A stretch of 21,007 nucleotides of DNA from Ginkgo biloba. Taxonomy: Eukaryota; Plantae; Ginkgophyta. The stretch lies in assembly GCA_024626585.2 (NCBI GenBank), contig JANKJI020000004.1, positions 115,360,901 to 115,381,907 of the forward strand, given 5' to 3'. This document shows, in pieces, positions 19,634-21,007 of this stretch; position 1 is the stretch's first letter, and every line of letters starts with the position of its first letter. The notes beneath the pieces were generated by a model. It worked only from the letters and a program-made list of their open reading frames with translations. It made no database searches and was not told the DNA's origin. A program made the position numbers and the translations under genes.

Positions 19634-20710
19634 TTGTTCAAGGGTCGACATCTATGCATACCCGACAACCCGATTAGAGAAAATACCATTCAAGAATTTC
19701 ACAGTGGTAGGCTAGGGGGTCACTTTGGTCAGGATAAGACCATTACACTAGTGGTGGAGCAATATTTTTTGCTAGGATTGAAGAGACAAGTGAGCAAGTT
19801 CATGGATCAGTGTAAAATTTGCCAAGTTGCTAAGGGATAGTCACAAAATGTGGGACTGTACAAGCCATTGCTAGTGCTAGATGCACCTTGGACCGACATC
19901 TCAATGCATTTTGTATTAGGGATGTGAATTACTCAAAGGAAAAATGACTCAGTATTTGTGGTTGTTGATAAGTTCTCGAAGATGGCTCATTGTATACCCT
20001 ATTAAAAGACCAATGATGTACGTAGGATAGCGGAGTTAGTCTTCAAAGAAGTAGTCGGACTACATGGGTTGCCAAGGAACATCATGTCCAACCAAAATAA
20101 CAAGTTTCTAAGTCACTTTTGGACAACGTTGTGGAAGAAATTGGACACTAAGATTTAGTTCAGTAGTGTGTATCATCCACAGACCAAAGGACAAACTGAA
20201 GTGGTGAATAGGTCATTAGGCAATCTGTTGAGGAGTTTGGCAAGCGACAAACCCAAACAATGGGACCAAGTCTTGGTACAAGCAAAGTTTGTGTGCAACA
20301 GTTCAATGAGCAGATCAAGAGGATTTGTGCCCTTTCAAGTGGTGTATAGAAAGGACACTAAGGATTGTTATGGACTTGGTCAATATTCCAAGTCATGAGT
20401 GCATCAGTGATGATGTGGATACTATGGAAGAATAGTTGAAGCAAGTTCATAAGGAGGTGAGATGATATTTGTCAGAGAGCAACACAAGGTATAAAACTGC
20501 AATAGACTGACATCGCCGACATAAAGAATTCGAAGTCGGAGACATGGTTATGGTATTCCTAAGAAAGGATAGATTTCCGACAGGAACCTACACCAAGTTG
20601 AAGTACAAAAAGATAGGTAGATTTCATGTCGGATAGTCAAGAAAATCAACGAGATTGCATATGTGGTGGATCTATCGACATCTCACCCATTTTCAACATT
20701 GCAGACTTGT
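19634..20710 (+). pseudogene. Integrase (HHCC zinc finger, core, GPY/F-like region), decayed
   Basis: EFHSGRLGGHFGQDKT...CKICQ, PWTDISMHFVLG, SVFVVVDKFSKMAH, LHGLPRNIMS, YHPQTKGQTEVVNRSLGNLLRSL, FEVGDMVMVFL, KLKYKKIGRF. Confidence 0.92.
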
Positions 20711-20784
20711 AAGAATTCCAAGGGGGTGAACAACCAGAAGAAGCAGTGGTGGATTGGCAGCGATAAGTGCCAAGGAAGAAGAAA

Positions 20785-20920
20785 GAGCAAACTGAACAAG
20801 TGATGGACAAAAAAGTTGAGGAGACCAGAGGAGGCAGTTATTATAGATATCTGGTGAAGTGGGAAGGCTTACCGCAAAAAAATTGTACTTGGATCATAGA
20901 AGAAGAGGTCAGGGGTTTAG
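20785..20920 (+). pseudogene. Integrase C-terminal chromodomain (type II-like)
   Basis: EQTEQVMDKKVEETRGGSYYRYLVKWEGLPQKNCTWIIEEEV. YLVKW and TW are conserved; the first and third aromatic-cage positions appear non-aromatic. Confidence 0.8.
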
Positions 20921-20981
20921 ATGAAGAGAAGTGGAAGAATTTTGAAGATAAGTGTTTACAGGAGGACCTATAATTTTCTAT

Positions 20982-20994
20982 AAGTAAGGGAGGA
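20982..20994 (+). other. Polypurine tract
   Basis: AAGTAAGGGAGGA immediately before the TG that starts the 3' LTR. Confidence 0.8.
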
Positions 20995-21007
20995 TGATGC
21001 AGGAGCA
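20995..21007 (+). repeat. Start of the 3' LTR
   Basis: TGATGCAGGAGCA, 12/13 identical to 16025-16037. Confidence 0.8.

Larger units (their letters stand above)
16025..21007 (+). mobile_element. Ty3/gypsy chromovirus LTR retrotransposon (CRM-like), internally deleted (no PR/RT), 3' LTR truncated by the window end
   Basis: The 5' LTR start TGATGTAGGAGCA (16025) matches the post-PPT sequence TGATGCAGGAGCA (20995) at 12/13. PBS, gag, RNase H, integrase, chromodomain and PPT appear in canonical order. Confidence 0.9.

Overview
Eukaryotic, AT-rich and CpG-depleted land-plant repeat DNA from a fragmented scaffold. It is probably gymnosperm-like, inferred from the NLR and retroelement motifs. Many N gaps mean neighbouring blocks may not be truly contiguous, and no intact protein-coding gene is visible. 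Decayed elements, in order: LINE endonuclease (1-480, -), rearranged Ty3/gypsy gag-PR-RT (1.1-3.06 kb, +), an unclassified helical ORF (4.6-6.3 kb, +), a possible 147-bp LTR (7745-7891), a TIR-NLR NB-ARC pseudogene fragment (8979-9474, +), LINE ORF1 (9.84-10.46 kb, +) and a Tat/Ogre-type integrase (13.5-14.4 kb, -). A well-delimited chromovirus runs from 16025 to the window end, with a 1.84-kb 5' LTR, PBS-Met, gag, RNase H, integrase, chromodomain, PPT and the start of the 3' LTR. It lacks protease and RT, and its LTR carries a 206-bp higher-order repeat. The least explained region is a CpG-rich island at ~6280-6860. There a 28-29-bp unit occurs four times in mixed orientation inside a ~111-bp periodic repeat, giving two mutually exclusive hairpins plus further hairpins. 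All translations and counts were done by hand.
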